In this document: one piece after another, positions 62,081-64,000 of the stretch | How the letters are laid out: every line of letters starts with the position of its first letter | Numbering within the stretch: the first letter of the stretch is position 1 | Assembly (NCBI GenBank): GCA_002269645.1 | Contig: NIVC01002494.1 | Location: 1-64,000 of the forward strand | Source: Macrostomum lignano | Lineage: Eukaryota | DNA length: 64,000 bases | Reading direction: 5' to 3' | The notes under the pieces: generated by a model | What the model was told of the DNA's origin: nothing | The model's database searches: none | The model's input: only the letters and a program-made list of their open reading frames with translations | Translations under genes and position numbers: made by a program

Positions 62081-62334
62081 CAGCCTTTATCAAGCAACCT
62101 TGGACAAGTGCAATCAGCAACAGAAGTACAGAAGCAACTAAAAAGCAAGAAGCAACTGAAAGGACCAAAAGATGTGCTAACAAATCGCCTAAGCAACTTT
62201 CCGACAGACGGAACAACAAAACAACAACAGAGGCAGAAGCAACAAGCCATCAAATACAACAACAGTAAAAGTCTCCGTTTCGTCCAACGCAGTTTCAAAA
62301 GCTCAGAGAGGCTGGGCGATTGGGCAGCGCCTCA

Positions 62335-64000
62335 TCAGCAGGTCTCCAGCAGCTGCCGTCTCTTAGCGGGCCTCATCGGGCTCCCAGCCGGGCAGCGGAA
62401 CGCCCGGCCGAACTCCACGGAGTCCTTCAGCATGCCGTTCACCCGCCGGCGCGCGGTCGGGTGCTCAGCGTCGGCTTTAAACACGGCGCCCTCCGCGGCG
62501 TCGGAGCCCCAGGCGCAGAAGTCCTGGGCCGCACGAACAAAAAACAGGCGCTCGGCTGCGTTGCTTGAACCGGCGCCACCGGCTGTCATGACAGCGGGCA
62601 CGGCGTCCTTAGTAACGAGTGTCCGCATCCGGTAGGCCCGGTGCGCGGCCCTCAGGCCCAGCCAGTCGGCCAGGCGCTCCCATCGGGTTGCGCCGCCGTT
62701 TCGACATTCGCCATTTCGTCGCTCCAGCTTGGCGTAGTTGGCCAGGGAGTGCCCGAGCTCGTGCCCCAGCTGGAGACCCAGGCCACCGTAGATGGAGAAG
62801 GCCGGATAGTCGGGTCGATAGGCGGGAGACTGCAGCAAAGACAGGGGCAGCAAGATGACGCTGAACCGCTCCTGGCTTGCAGTGCTCAGAGTGTACGCAT
62901 TGGCGATGAACGGGTCCATGCGCTCGATCGGGTCCTCCGCTCCCCTGCTGCAGCTCAGCAGCGAGTCCAGCCTCTGTCTAGCGCGGGATTCTAGCGCCAG
63001 GCCCAGCGCCGCGGCCTCCAGGGCGCCATTGCGGGATCGGATGACCTCCCGTGCCGACCGATCGGACAGGCCCCAGCTCTGGCGGCCGTAGCCCAGATAC
63101 ACGGGGGTTGAGTGCAGCTTCTCAGCCACGCGAGCTCGCTCCGCCGCAGAGCCGAGCGCCGGGGATTCCAGCGCGAGTTCGGCCATAGACGAGCGAATGT
63201 TGTCGGCAACGTTGGCCGCGGTGGGCAGAGCGGCCGAGGTCAGGTAGCGCTGGTGATAGAAATGCGCCACGGCGGGTCCGAGCAGCTGCGTCACCAGGTG
63301 CAGGCACTGCCGCCTGATGTACAACTGCTGGCTGTTAGAGCTGGACATGGAGCTGGGGCTGGGGCTGTCGTCAGTGTGCTGGTGCTGGTGTAGGTTGAGC
63401 AGGCTGCCCTGCAGTTCCACTACGGCATCCAGGGTGAGGAAGGCTTGCACCTGGGCGATTGGCAGTTTGCCGAGATGCTTCAGCAGAGCTTCGAGTCCCT
63501 TTAGTCGGTGATGCATCAGCTCGAACGATTCCGGAAGCTGGAGCTTCATCGTCTTGAACAGGTGACGCACGTACATCGTCCAGTTGAAGGCGGAGGCCGT
63601 GTCCAGCTCAGCCAGGGTGCTGCTTGACATCTCGCCGTCGTTTTTTGTCGGTGCCTTGGGCTCGACAGTGTCGATTAATTCGGCGACATCGACAGCCACA
63701 GCGCTGGCGACGATGGCGCTGCGCGCAGGAAAGCCGGCGCCGCGGAGCAGGCGCAGGGCGCGCCGGAGTTCAGCCGAGTTGCCGGCGTAGCCGAAGCGTC
63801 TCTGGCGGATGAAGCCGGCTCCAGAATCTCCAGTCTCCAGGCGGAACGGGCCGGTGAAGCCTGACCTGGCGTGAGCGGCCAGCAGCTGCTCGAGGCTGCC
63901 CGACTCGCGCCGGTTCCGGGCCAGCCGATGCAGCAGCGACCTCAGACTCTCGCGTTGCTTAGCAACCGAGCTCCGGTGCCAGGACCGGCAGCTGGCGAAG
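62335..64000 (-). CDS. Divergent M13 family (neprilysin/ECE-like) zinc metallopeptidase, 5' end outside the window
   Basis: Frame is open from the window edge (63999) to the stop at 62335. ANAY (NAFY-like), LLQSPAYRPDYPAFSIYGGLG, HELGH, ERLADWLGLRAAHRAY, LFFVRAAQDFC, HPTARRRVNG, AFRCPAGSPM match M13 C-terminal hallmarks. Confidence 0.85.
   Translation of the reverse strand, partial: FASCRSWHRSSVAKQRESLRSLLHRLARNRRESGSLEQLLAAHARSGFTGPFRLETGDSGAGFIRQRRFGYAGNSAELRRALRLLRGAGFPARSAIVASAVAVDVAELIDTVEPKAPTKNDGEMSSSTLAELDTASAFNWTMYVRHLFKTMKLQLPESFELMHHRLKGLEALLKHLGKLPIAQVQAFLTLDAVVELQGSLLNLHQHQHTDDSPSPSSMSSSNSQQLYIRRQCLHLVTQLLGPAVAHFYHQRYLTSAALPTAANVADNIRSSMAELALESPALGSAAERARVAEKLHSTPVYLGYGRQSWGLSDRSAREVIRSRNGALEAAALGLALESRARQRLDSLLSCSRGAEDPIERMDPFIANAYTLSTASQERFSVILLPLSLLQSPAYRPDYPAFSIYGGLGLQLGHELGHSLANYAKLERRNGECRNGGATRWERLADWLGLRAAHRAYRMRTLVTKDAVPAVMTAGGAGSSNAAERLFFVRAAQDFCAWGSDAAEGAVFKADAEHPTARRRVNGMLKDSVEFGRAFRCPAGSPMRPAKRRQLLETC

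Overview
Eukaryotic (animal) genomic DNA. GC-rich, poly-Q/poly-A-rich exons with minisatellite-filled introns resemble the flatworm Macrostomum (inference only). Left to right: (1) a 9-exon CHD7/Kismet-class chromatin remodeller on + (464-24313), with three apparent 1-nt assembly deletions in exon 1; (2) a small secreted PAN/apple-like gene on - (26521-27399); (3) a ~16 kb strongly AT-rich block (~29.2-44.9 kb) of nested DNA-transposon relics with readable TIRs and TSDs; (4) a SAC1 phosphoinositide phosphatase on + (45040-55324, first exon not found). Its introns hold four paralogous box C/D snoRNAs with a shared 28S rRNA guide, a degenerate 64-nt copy of the 28S helix-69/R2-target region, and a nested antisense gene of unknown family; (5) a 3-exon Twist bHLH gene on - (56150-58219); (6) a tRNA-derived SINE-like element; (7) the 3' part of a divergent M13/neprilysin-like peptidase on - running off the window. 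Most introns carry their own unique minisatellite, which explains most long ORFs in the ORF track. No database searches were possible; all alignments were made by eye.
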